A DNA stretch of 15,156 nt from Archangiaceae bacterium. Its GTDB lineage: Bacteria; Myxococcota; Myxococcia; Myxococcales; Myxococcaceae. The stretch lies in assembly GCA_043750125.1 (NCBI GenBank), contig JAYVCD010000105.1:1-15156 (forward strand), in the 5' to 3' direction. Below, in pieces: positions 1-9,466 of this stretch (position 1 is the stretch's first letter; the number at the start of each line of letters is the position of its first letter). Both the position numbers and the translations under genes were made by a program. The notes below the pieces were generated by a model. That model did no database searches. It was not told where the DNA came from and saw only the letters and a program-made list of their open reading frames with translations.

Positions 1-1
1 G

Positions 2-142
2 GTCGCGAAGAAGGGCGAGAAGTATTTTCATTTTGCCGACTGCCCCGCCGCTGCGAAGATTCCTCCGGGCCAGAGGGTGGTGTTCACCTCGCGCGCGGAG
101 GCGATGAAGAGGTTCAAGCCCGCTTCCGATTGTCAGCCCTGA
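2..142 (+). CDS. 3' end of a gene entering from the left edge; C-terminal Ada-type metal-binding-like domain (partial)
   Basis: Manual translation from base 2 gives VAKKGEKYFHFADCPAAAKIPPGQRVVFTSRAEAMKRFKPASDCQP*, with TGA at 140-142. This follows the 'YH..C....I....V.F.S..EA.....P...C.P' pattern of Ada metal-binding-like domains. Not in the ORF track because the start is outside the window. Confidence 0.65.
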   Translation, partial: VAKKGEKYFHFADCPAAAKIPPGQRVVFTSRAEAMKRFKPASDCQP

Positions 143-167
143 TTCGACCGACGGCGTCCCGCCGCCC

Positions 168-222
168 GTCCGACCGGCCATTCAGCGCCGTTCGACCGGC
201 CATTCAGCGCCGTCCGACCGGC
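168..222. repeat. 22-bp tandem repeat, 2.5 copies (GTYCGACCGGCCATTCAGCGCC), bracketed by a 9-bp inverted repeat
   Basis: Copies at 168-189, 190-211 (one mismatch) and 212-222 (partial). GTCCCGCCG at 156-164 is the reverse complement of CGGCGGGAC at 219-227. Confidence 0.9.
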
Positions 223-311
223 GGGACTCACTTCGCACTGACTTGCGGAATCGCGCTCGCGCCCTGGGTCGACGCTTCAAAATTTCAGGCCCCTGCCACC
301 ACTCAAGAAGC

Positions 312-1418
312 ATGAAAGCCTATTTGCTTCTCTTCGCTCTCATCGCGTCTTGTGGTGCTCCGGGCAGCGTCGGCACGGGCGGCAATACAGGGGTCGCTCT
401 CCTTTTGCAGCTCGGGCCCGACTGCCTGACACTGGCCAATTGCTGCAATGGCGACAGCAGCTTCCGATACATCGTGGAACTGAAGTCGGAGGCCTATTGC
501 GCCTATTACTTCAGTGCCTGCTCAAGCGCCGCTGCGCGAACGACAACCGCCTCGGCCCGTCCTCATGCCATCATCGAAAAGGCGGTGCTGCCAGGACAGT
601 CGCGGATGACGGAACGAACACCCATCTCCATGAAAGGCGTATCGATGGCGTGGTTGGTATTTCAAATCACAGGGTCGTCGTGGAAGCTGGGCCTGGTCGG
701 GTTGTGTCAGATGGCACCCCGACTCGCGGCGGGGCTGCTGGGCGGGATGATCGCAGACCGCTTCGATCGACGAAAACTGATGATCGTCCTTCAGCTGTTG
801 CTGATGCTCCAATCGGTGTTGCTTCTCGTCTTGTTTCTGTTGGGCCGGCTGACGTTCCCTTCGATCCTCGTGCTTTCCACCGTATTGGGCTTCCTGGAAG
901 CAGCAGCCCTGCCGACGCGCAACGCGATGCTGCCGCGCCTGGTCCCGAGTCAAATGCTCGAACGGGCCGCGTTCATCAACGCCGTTGCGCTCACGCTGTC
1001 GCAGACGCTGGGCCCATTTCTGGCGGCGGCTCTGTTGAGTGTCGCGGGTCTCGCCGGCAGTCTGATCGCCAATATCGTCAGCTTCTTCTTCGTTGTCCTG
1101 ACCCTGGTTCGCCTTCGCATCGGTCAGCCGATAACCGCTCGCTCGACTTCGGCGAACCTGGACAAGAGGCGGTCTGAATCGTCGCGGCCCGCGCAAGGCT
1201 TTTCACGGCGGCAAGCATTGGGCGAGCTCCTCGTAGATGCTCCGGAAGTCGCCGCGGGCTTTCAGATTCTGGAGGTCCTGAATCAGCCCTCCTTGAGCGC
1301 GGTAGAACATCAACCCTTCCGTCGGGGGCCGCATCTGCGCAATCTTGAACGCGTGTTTGAGAAAGTGCGCGCGCATCAGCCGAGTCGTGTCGGCGGTGGC
1401 GAAATCGAAGTCGGCTGA
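312..1418 (+). pseudogene. Chimeric or degraded ORF: Cys-rich lipoprotein-like N-terminus in frame with an MFS transporter N-half fragment (about 630-1121; DHA3/EntS/MFS_3-like)
   Basis: ATG at 312 gives MKAYLLLFALIAS-C (lipobox-like). From 630 it reads MKGVSMAWLVFQITGSSWKLGLVG...GGMIADRFDRRKLMI (MFS motif A) with about 5 hydrophobic segments. TM1 and the whole C-half are missing, and the tail runs 216 bp antisense into the kinase gene. Confidence 0.65.
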
Positions 1419-2513
1419 GCGCATCCACCTTGACGCAATCTCGGCGGTGGCCCGGATGAAGGGTTCGGCCTCGGCGTCTTTGAGGGTGATGGTGAAGCCG
1501 GCCTCACGGCAGAGCGCCACCACGTCCATCGGCTGAGCCTCGAGCAGCATGCGGAACATGCGTCGATTGACGTCATGCCAGGTCGGGGACAACCGCTTCA
1601 CCGAGCCGAAGTCCAGCACCGCCATCCGCCCGTCGGACATCAAGATGAAGTTGCCCGGGTGGGGGTCGGCGTGAATGCACCCGGAGCTCAGAAACGGAAC
1701 CCAGATCGCGCGGATCAGCAGTCGCGAAATCCGAAACCGCTCGGCGTTGGGCACCTCGTCGATTCGCCCGAGCACGTCTTTGAGCGTCTCGCCTTCGATC
1801 AGCTGCAGCGTCAGCACCTTCTGGGCCGTCAGCGCGTCCACCGGCTCGGGGACCACCAGGTCCGACGCGACCTTCGCCGCCTCGGCGTATTCCCGCGCCC
1901 GCGCCGCCTCTTCCCGGTAGTCGAGCTCTTTGAGCAGCTCATCGCGCAGCTCACCGAAGTACGCCTGGCCCTCGGTCATTCCCACCCCCCGGCTGACCAG
2001 GGTGACCATCGAACCCAGGTTCGCCAGGTCGGCCAGCATCGCCTTCTTGATCTCGGGGTACTGCACCTTCACCGCTACGTCCTGCCCCTGATGGGTCCTC
2101 GCGCGGTGCACCTGTCCTAATGAGGCCGAGGCGATGGGCTTGTCGTCGAACTGGGCGAACTTCTCTTCCGGGGTTCCCCCCAGCTCGCGACGCACCACTT
2201 CCCGGACGGTGGCGTACGGCATGGCCGGCGCCTGGTTCTGCAGCCGCGCGACCACCGCGCGGACTTCGGGCGGAAGCTGATCGGGGTCCATCGACATCGC
2301 CTGGCCCAGCTTCATCGCCAGCCCTTTCATCTCGCCGAGGGTCGCGACCAGCTTCTCGGCCCCGATGTTCCCCAATAACCCTTCAGACGAACCGGCCAGC
2401 TTTTTCACCCCTTTGCTCATCACCTCGGTCGACAGGCGCACGCCCAGCCCGGCCAGTCGGGCGAAGCGGGAAAAGCGGCCCGTCGAGGGCTTGAAATCGG
2501 GGTCGTCGGCCAC
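1203..2513 (-). CDS. AarF/ABC1/UbiB family atypical kinase
   Basis: Motifs MKLGQ (KxGQ), IASASLGQVHRA, VAVKVQYP, HADPHPGN and LDFG. Probable GTG start at 2513; the ORF track extends to 2561. Confidence 0.93.
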   Translation of the reverse strand: MADDPDFKPSTGRFSRFARLAGLGVRLSTEVMSKGVKKLAGSSEGLLGNIGAEKLVATLGEMKGLAMKLGQAMSMDPDQLPPEVRAVVARLQNQAPAMPYATVREVVRRELGGTPEEKFAQFDDKPIASASLGQVHRARTHQGQDVAVKVQYPEIKKAMLADLANLGSMVTLVSRGVGMTEGQAYFGELRDELLKELDYREEAARAREYAEAAKVASDLVVPEPVDALTAQKVLTLQLIEGETLKDVLGRIDEVPNAERFRISRLLIRAIWVPFLSSGCIHADPHPGNFILMSDGRMAVLDFGSVKRLSPTWHDVNRRMFRMLLEAQPMDVVALCREAGFTITLKDAEAEPFIRATAEIASRWMRSADFDFATADTTRLMRAHFLKHAFKIAQMRPPTEGLMFYRAQGGLIQDLQNLKARGDFRSIYEELAQCLPP

Positions 2514-2604
2514 AAAAAACCTGCGGACCTCACCTATAGCTTTGTTGTTCTCTCGACGCACCGCGCCGTGTTAAGCGCCGCCCCACTTTTCTCCTGCAAG
2601 GAAC

Positions 2605-5109
<2,505 letters not shown>

Positions 5110-5132
5110 AGTAGCGGTCGGCTTCACGCTTG

Positions 5133-5179
5133 AAAAAAGACGCCGGGCTCCTTGCACTGGGGCTCGGCGTTTTGCGTTT
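5133..5179 (+). terminator. Probable intrinsic terminator of hppA
   Basis: Stem GACGCCGGGCTCC (5139-5151) / GGGGCTCGGCGTT (5159-5171), 13 bp with three G:U pairs and a 7-nt loop. Preceded by A6 and followed by T-rich sequence; starts 24 nt after the hppA stop. Confidence 0.75.
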
Positions 5180-5205
5180 CGCCAGTTGTGGTATCCCGCT
5201 TCACC

Positions 5206-5796
5206 TTGAAGCGCTTGATCACCGCCGAGGTCGTCGCCCACGAGTTCGCGAGCGGACGGCTTCGGATCTGTGCACCGAGAGGCGAGGCGGTCATCACTCC
5301 CGCCGCCTGGTCCCGGGCCGGCGAGCTGGGCGTGACTTTTGATCGCACGGAAGGCTCGAAGCCGCAGCCGCTGGTTGCACCTGCGGCGGCAGCCAATGGC
5401 AGCTGCGAGCGGGTGGTGGACCCTTCGGGGGTGGTGGTGGTTCGCGGGCAGAGCGTTCGGCTGGGCCGATTCCCCGCGGCCGGCCCGGACCGCAATGTGG
5501 GCCTCACCGAGGTGGTGACGGGCAAAGACCGATCGCCGATGTCGGCGGGGTTCATGAGCTGGAGCCATGCGGACTCGTTTCCCTGGACGCTGGACTACGA
5601 CGAAGTCGATTACGTACTCGAAGGGGTGCTGCAGATCGGGATCGACGGCCGGGTGCTCGAGGGCAGGCCGGGCGACGTGCTGTTCATTCCGAAGGGCAGC
5701 AAGGTGGTCTTCGGGACGCCCAGCCGGACCCGGATTTTCTTCGTCACCTACCCCGCCGATTGGGCGGGCGCGGCGAAGGTGGTTTCAGGCGGTTGA
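5206..5796 (+). CDS. eutQ: Ethanolamine utilization protein EutQ-like cupin
   Basis: TTG at 5206 gives MKRLITAE...VITPAA...ELGVTF (EutQ N-terminal motif). Cupin part: GQSVRLGRF..VGLTEVVTG...MSAGFMSW..FPWTLDYDEVDYVLEG.L...GDVLFIPKGS...FGT...YPADW, closely resembling enterobacterial EutQ. Start inferred from homology; no clear RBS. Confidence 0.88.
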   Translation: MKRLITAEVVAHEFASGRLRICAPRGEAVITPAAWSRAGELGVTFDRTEGSKPQPLVAPAAAANGSCERVVDPSGVVVVRGQSVRLGRFPAAGPDRNVGLTEVVTGKDRSPMSAGFMSWSHADSFPWTLDYDEVDYVLEGVLQIGIDGRVLEGRPGDVLFIPKGSKVVFGTPSRTRIFFVTYPADWAGAAKVVSGG

Positions 5797-6668
5797 CTGG
5801 GTTGCTGCTCGCCGTGGCCCTGACCGCTTCGCCGCCGCTCGAGAACGACACGGCCTGGCACCGGCTGGTCGGGCTGATTCAATACATCGGTGGGGACTAC
5901 GCCGAGGCGGTGAACGAGGAAAACCCGGTCGAGCTCGCCGAGCAGCGTCGGCTGATGGCCGAGGCGACGGCGGCGCTCGACGCGTTGGGCACTGTGGGCG
6001 AGCCCTATCGTCCGCTGCTCAAGTCGCTGCGCGCGCGAGTCGACGAGGGGGTGGACGCCTGGGGAGTGACGGCGGGGTGCAACCGGCTGGGGCAGAAGAT
6101 TTTGATCGAGCAGAAGCTGCAGCGCGGTCCGCGGAAGACGCCCAACCTGGCGCGGGGGGTTGAGCTCTGGGCGAGCCAATGCGCGCTGTGCCATGGAATC
6201 ACCGGTGACGCGCAGACCCCGGTGGCGGCGGGGCTGAACCCGCGGCCAGCGAACTTTCACGACGCGGACAAGACGATTTGGCTGACTCCGTACCGCGCGT
6301 TCAACACCAGCACCTTCGGAGTCCCGGGGACGGCGATGGCCCCGTTCCCGTTGCTGTCAGAAGAGGATCGTTGGTCGCTCGCCTTCCACGTGTTCACGCT
6401 TCACCAGTTGCCGTGCGATCACGTTGCGCCGTTCGCCTCGCTCGAAGAGCTGGCCCAGTCGACCGACCCGGACCTGGCCGCCAAGTTCGGACTGGTGGAA
6501 GTCTCGTGCCTGCGCCGCAGACTGCCCGACGGCTTGGGACAAGTCGGTGGGACCCGCATCGCCGGGGTGACGTGGGCGGCGATCGCGAGCGCGTGGGTTG
6601 TGCTCGGGGGTCTTCTGTTCTGGCGACTCTCGAAGAGCCGCCGCTCAACTCCGGGCGGCACCGGCTGA
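5793..6668 (+). CDS. Exported mono-heme c-type cytochrome with C-terminal membrane anchor; resembles the N-terminal region of cytochrome c/FTR1 (PbrT-like) iron permeases
   Basis: TTG start overlaps the eutQ stop (TTGA 5793-5796). Short signal peptide MTGLLLAVALTA, then RLVGLIQYIGGDYAEAV...AEQ, PNLARGVELWASQCALCHG (CxxCH), PRPANF and GVPGTAM (likely axial Met). Ends in one TM helix plus basic tail (WRLSKSRR). Confidence 0.85.
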   Translation: MTGLLLAVALTASPPLENDTAWHRLVGLIQYIGGDYAEAVNEENPVELAEQRRLMAEATAALDALGTVGEPYRPLLKSLRARVDEGVDAWGVTAGCNRLGQKILIEQKLQRGPRKTPNLARGVELWASQCALCHGITGDAQTPVAAGLNPRPANFHDADKTIWLTPYRAFNTSTFGVPGTAMAPFPLLSEEDRWSLAFHVFTLHQLPCDHVAPFASLEELAQSTDPDLAAKFGLVEVSCLRRRLPDGLGQVGGTRIAGVTWAAIASAWVVLGGLLFWRLSKSRRSTPGGTG

Positions 6669-6977
6669 AGTCTTGAGCACCTCGAGCAGGTGCGCTGCGA
6701 ACTGCTCGGGGTATTCGCGGTGCATGAAGTGCCCGCCGTCCATTCGCACCACCCGATAGCCACCGGTGAACCACCGGGACGCGCGGTCGAACGCGGCTTG
6801 CTCCAGCAGGTCTGAAGAGCCGGCGAACGAAACTGTGGGCACCGAAATCTTCGAGCGGTTCGACTTCGCGAGCCACGGCCGCTGCGCGCGGTAGTAGCCC
6901 AGGGCGGCGTCCAGAGATCCGGGTTGCTCGAACGCCCACTTCACCAGCTGCGTCTCGGACGGGGCGAACTTCCAATC
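6645..6977 (-). pseudogene. C-terminal remnant of an alpha/beta-fold hydrolase (epoxide hydrolase-like)
   Basis: DWKFAPSET...PGSLDAALGYYRA...KISVPTVSFAGSSD...GGHFMHREYPEQF retains the acid and His motifs. There is no nucleophile elbow (GHDWG-like) and no plausible start; further upstream the frame is antisense to the GGDEF gene. Confidence 0.75.
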
Positions 6978-7010
6978 ACCGCGGCTGACCCGCGGTAGAC
7001 GAACGCCGAA

Positions 7011-8003
7011 ATGGTGCTGGGCGCGGAACAAGGCGAGAATCCCACGGTGGCCCAGCAGCGTCTGTTGATCATCTCCCAGCCGGGCCCCCTTCCGCTCTGG
7101 AGCTTTTCCGGGTTCACGGTCGAGCATTCCAGCCTGGCCGACGATCCGGTGCGGGTGCTGAAGGCGGGCAACTTCGACGCCGTGCTGCTCGTGGTGCAGG
7201 GCCCGCAGCCCGTGGGCGCGTGCGACCCGCTGCTCGCGTTGTGCGAGGAAGACGCTCTGCCCTTGGCGCTCGCCGCTGCGGGGGACGACGAGCCCGGCAC
7301 CCGATTGCTCGAGCAGCTCCCCTTCGACGCCTTCGTGGATCTGCGCTGGGACGTCCGGCTGGTCGAGCGGTGCCTGGGCGCGATGCTGCAGCGGGTCCAC
7401 GCGGGGCGAAACCTGGTTCAGATTCAACAGCACATCTTGAGCGTGGCGCGCGGCGAGGTGACCTCGCTGCAACACCTCGCGGTCCGCGACGAGCTGACCG
7501 GTCTGTACAACCTTCACCATTTCCGCGAGGTGGTGGGGAAAGAGCATCGCCGCTGCGAGCGACACGGGGGGACCTACGCGGTGGTGTTCCTGGACCTCGA
7601 CAACTTGAAGAAGCTCAACACCCAGCATGGACACGCGGCCGGCGCTCGCGCCCTCGTCCGGGTCGGACAGACATTGGCGGCCATCACCCGAACCTGCGAC
7701 TACGCCTTCCGCATCGGCGGTGACGAGTTCGTCGCGCTGATCGTCGAGAGCACTACCCCTGCCGCGGCCACCTATGCCGAGCGGGTGCGGCAGGCGGTCG
7801 AGCGGGACATCTACCCGGAAGGTCAGAGCACGGTGGAGCTGACGTTGAGCGCCGGCTGTGCCGGGTTCCCCGCCGACGGCGACACCAGTGAAGGCGTGCT
7901 CGCGAACGCCGACCGCGCGCTGTTTCGCGCCAAGGAACTGGGGAAGAACCGGGTCGTTTGCTACACGCACGAGCGTGGGGAGCCCGGAGTCCCCGCCCGA
8001 TGA
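7011..8003 (+). CDS. GGDEF-domain dinucleotide cyclase with degenerate receiver-like N-terminal domain
   Basis: DELTGLYN, FLDLDNLKKLN..HGH..G, I-site RTCD (RxxD), RIGGDEF, LTLSAG, ADRALFRAKELGKNRV. The N-terminus has a REC-like pattern (RLLIISQ...FDAVLLV) lacking the acidic residues. The start may be GTG 7047. Confidence 0.93.
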   Translation: MVLGAEQGENPTVAQQRLLIISQPGPLPLWSFSGFTVEHSSLADDPVRVLKAGNFDAVLLVVQGPQPVGACDPLLALCEEDALPLALAAAGDDEPGTRLLEQLPFDAFVDLRWDVRLVERCLGAMLQRVHAGRNLVQIQQHILSVARGEVTSLQHLAVRDELTGLYNLHHFREVVGKEHRRCERHGGTYAVVFLDLDNLKKLNTQHGHAAGARALVRVGQTLAAITRTCDYAFRIGGDEFVALIVESTTPAAATYAERVRQAVERDIYPEGQSTVELTLSAGCAGFPADGDTSEGVLANADRALFRAKELGKNRVVCYTHERGEPGVPAR

Positions 8004-8374
8004 CCGCGCAGCTGCTCGCTGGAGACTTGACCATCGATGTCGACCTCGCTTCGCCGGGGGCCATTCGCCTCGACTGGCGCGGGTCGAGCACCGCGCGCCA
8101 CCCCGACGCAGTCGTCTCTGCCTTCTTGTCGGAATGGGCGGCTCGGGCCTCGCAAACCGACGCGCGGCTCGAGCTCCACTTCGAAGCCTTGGAACGGCTC
8201 AATTCCTCGACCATCGCGGTGCTGGTTCAATTTCTTCAGCGAATGCGCGAGGTCAAGGTCACGGTGGCCTTGCGCTACAGCGGCAGGCTGCGTTGGCAAC
8301 AGGTGACGTTCGAAGCCCTCAGGGTGTTCGAGACTCCCACCGGGTGGTTGAGCGTCGAGTCCGTCGGCGACTGA
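8000..8374 (+). CDS. Small STAS-like / SiaC (DUF1987)-like protein, 124 aa
   Basis: ATGA overlap with the GGDEF stop (8000-8003). IRLDWRGSS...P, LELHFEALERLNSSTIAVLVQFLQ and V.V.L.Y resemble the SiaC 'YLNTSS' phospho-site region and STAS topology. Confidence 0.65.
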   Translation: MTAQLLAGDLTIDVDLASPGAIRLDWRGSSTARHPDAVVSAFLSEWAARASQTDARLELHFEALERLNSSTIAVLVQFLQRMREVKVTVALRYSGRLRWQQVTFEALRVFETPTGWLSVESVGD

Positions 8375-8500
8375 CCCGGCCGAACGGTCAAATCCAGTGC
8401 CAGTCGCTGGACTCCCTGGCTGTCTCGAAAGAGCGATCACGTCGTTTGACGTCCGTCTGGGCCCATGGGACCGTCTCGCGCAGAAGCGCTGGAGGTCTCG

Positions 8501-9466
8501 TTGCTGTCTTTGGTCGCCGCGCTCCTCCTTCGTGCCTGCGACCTGGACGCAGCCACCCACGCGCAGCTCGCGACCCTCACCTCGCCCGCACAGCGCAGCG
8601 CCTACCGCTTCGAGCTCTCGGTGCACGAGGGTGCCCTGCAGATTCGACTGTTGGGCGAGACCGGATTGGTGCGCTCGCGGAAAGTTGCCGCGACAGGTGC
8701 GTGCGAAGACGACGCGAGGATCGCCGCGGTCGTTCTGTCGGCGTGGATGGCGCAAGCGGAGCCCGCGCGAACCCCGCTTGCGGCGACGAAGCCGCGCCCG
8801 GCGCAGGTCCGGCCCGCTGCGTCACCCGTTCAAACGGCCGCACCGGTGGAGCCCCCTGCGGCTGTTCCGGTCGAGCCCGAGCCGGCGACTGCGACCCTCC
8901 CGCACGAAGAGATTGTCGACGACTCCGAGCTTCCGCAGCTGATCGCGCCGGAAGTGAAGCAGCGGTGGACCTGGTCTGCGTCGCTGGAAGCGGGTGCGGT
9001 GATCGGCGGAGGGGGCGCTCCAGCGCTGACCTTGCGCGCCGAAGGCGGGATGCGCCTGGGCATCGTGGCCGACCTCACGCTCGCGATGGAACGGGAGCAG
9101 GAGCTCGGAGCAGGAAGCGTCCTGTGGGCCCGCCAATTCGGCTCGATCGGGGTGCGGGCGCGGTGGCTTCCTGCGAAGCGCTGGCTCGTCGACGCTTCGT
9201 TGAGTCTGGCGGCGGGCTGGGTCTTTGCGCGCGCGCTCGGCTTCAACGTCGTCTCGGGCGCGGGCCGGGTCGACGCAGGCGCGTGCGGTGGAATGATGGT
9301 GGGTGGCTACGAGGGGGGCCCCTTCGGGGTGTTCCTCTCGGCGCGGGTGTGCGGCTGGCCCTGGGCCGCGCGGCTTGCGGTCGAAGGAGTCCAGCAGCCC
9401 CTTCAACTGCCGCAGCTCGAAGGAGTGATGGGCGTCGGGGTGATGTGGGGCGGCAGCGGTGGGTGA
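8501..9466 (+). CDS. Exported hypothetical protein: small N-domain, Pro/Ala-rich linker, C-terminal beta-strand-rich (putative outer-membrane barrel) domain
   Basis: GGAGG at 8491-8495 precedes TTG 8501 (the ORF track starts at ATG 8465). Hydrophobic N-terminus, CEDDARIAAVVLSAW helix, Pro-rich spacer, then alternating amphipathic Gly/aromatic strands ending GVGVMW. Confidence 0.7.
   Translation: MLSLVAALLLRACDLDAATHAQLATLTSPAQRSAYRFELSVHEGALQIRLLGETGLVRSRKVAATGACEDDARIAAVVLSAWMAQAEPARTPLAATKPRPAQVRPAASPVQTAAPVEPPAAVPVEPEPATATLPHEEIVDDSELPQLIAPEVKQRWTWSASLEAGAVIGGGGAPALTLRAEGGMRLGIVADLTLAMEREQELGAGSVLWARQFGSIGVRARWLPAKRWLVDASLSLAAGWVFARALGFNVVSGAGRVDAGACGGMMVGGYEGGPFGVFLSARVCGWPWAARLAVEGVQQPLQLPQLEGVMGVGVMWGGSGG

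Noticed and set aside
143-227. Possible mini CRISPR array
   Set aside because: The units are directly adjacent with no unique spacers, and no cas genes are present.
1203-2513. Assigning the gene symbol ubiB
   Set aside because: Family motifs are clear, but there are no ubi neighbours and no C-terminal TM helices. ABC1 paralogues are common, so orthology is unsupported.
2514-2604. Divergent sigma-70 promoters for the kinase and hppA (TATAGG on -, TGTTAAGC on +)
   Set aside because: Plausible -10 elements but no convincing -35 at proper spacing, so coordinates cannot be supported.
6978-7970. N-terminal 330 aa of the 441-aa minus ORF as a full-length hydrolase
   Set aside because: It is the antisense of the GGDEF gene and has no hydrolase nucleophile motif. 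Only 6645-6977 is hydrolase-like.
8375-8500. Possible autoregulated ECF promoter (GAAC 8382-8385, N17, GTC) and three GTCTCG hexamers
   Set aside because: The motifs are too short to distinguish from chance without knowing the ECF group or having orthologous promoters.
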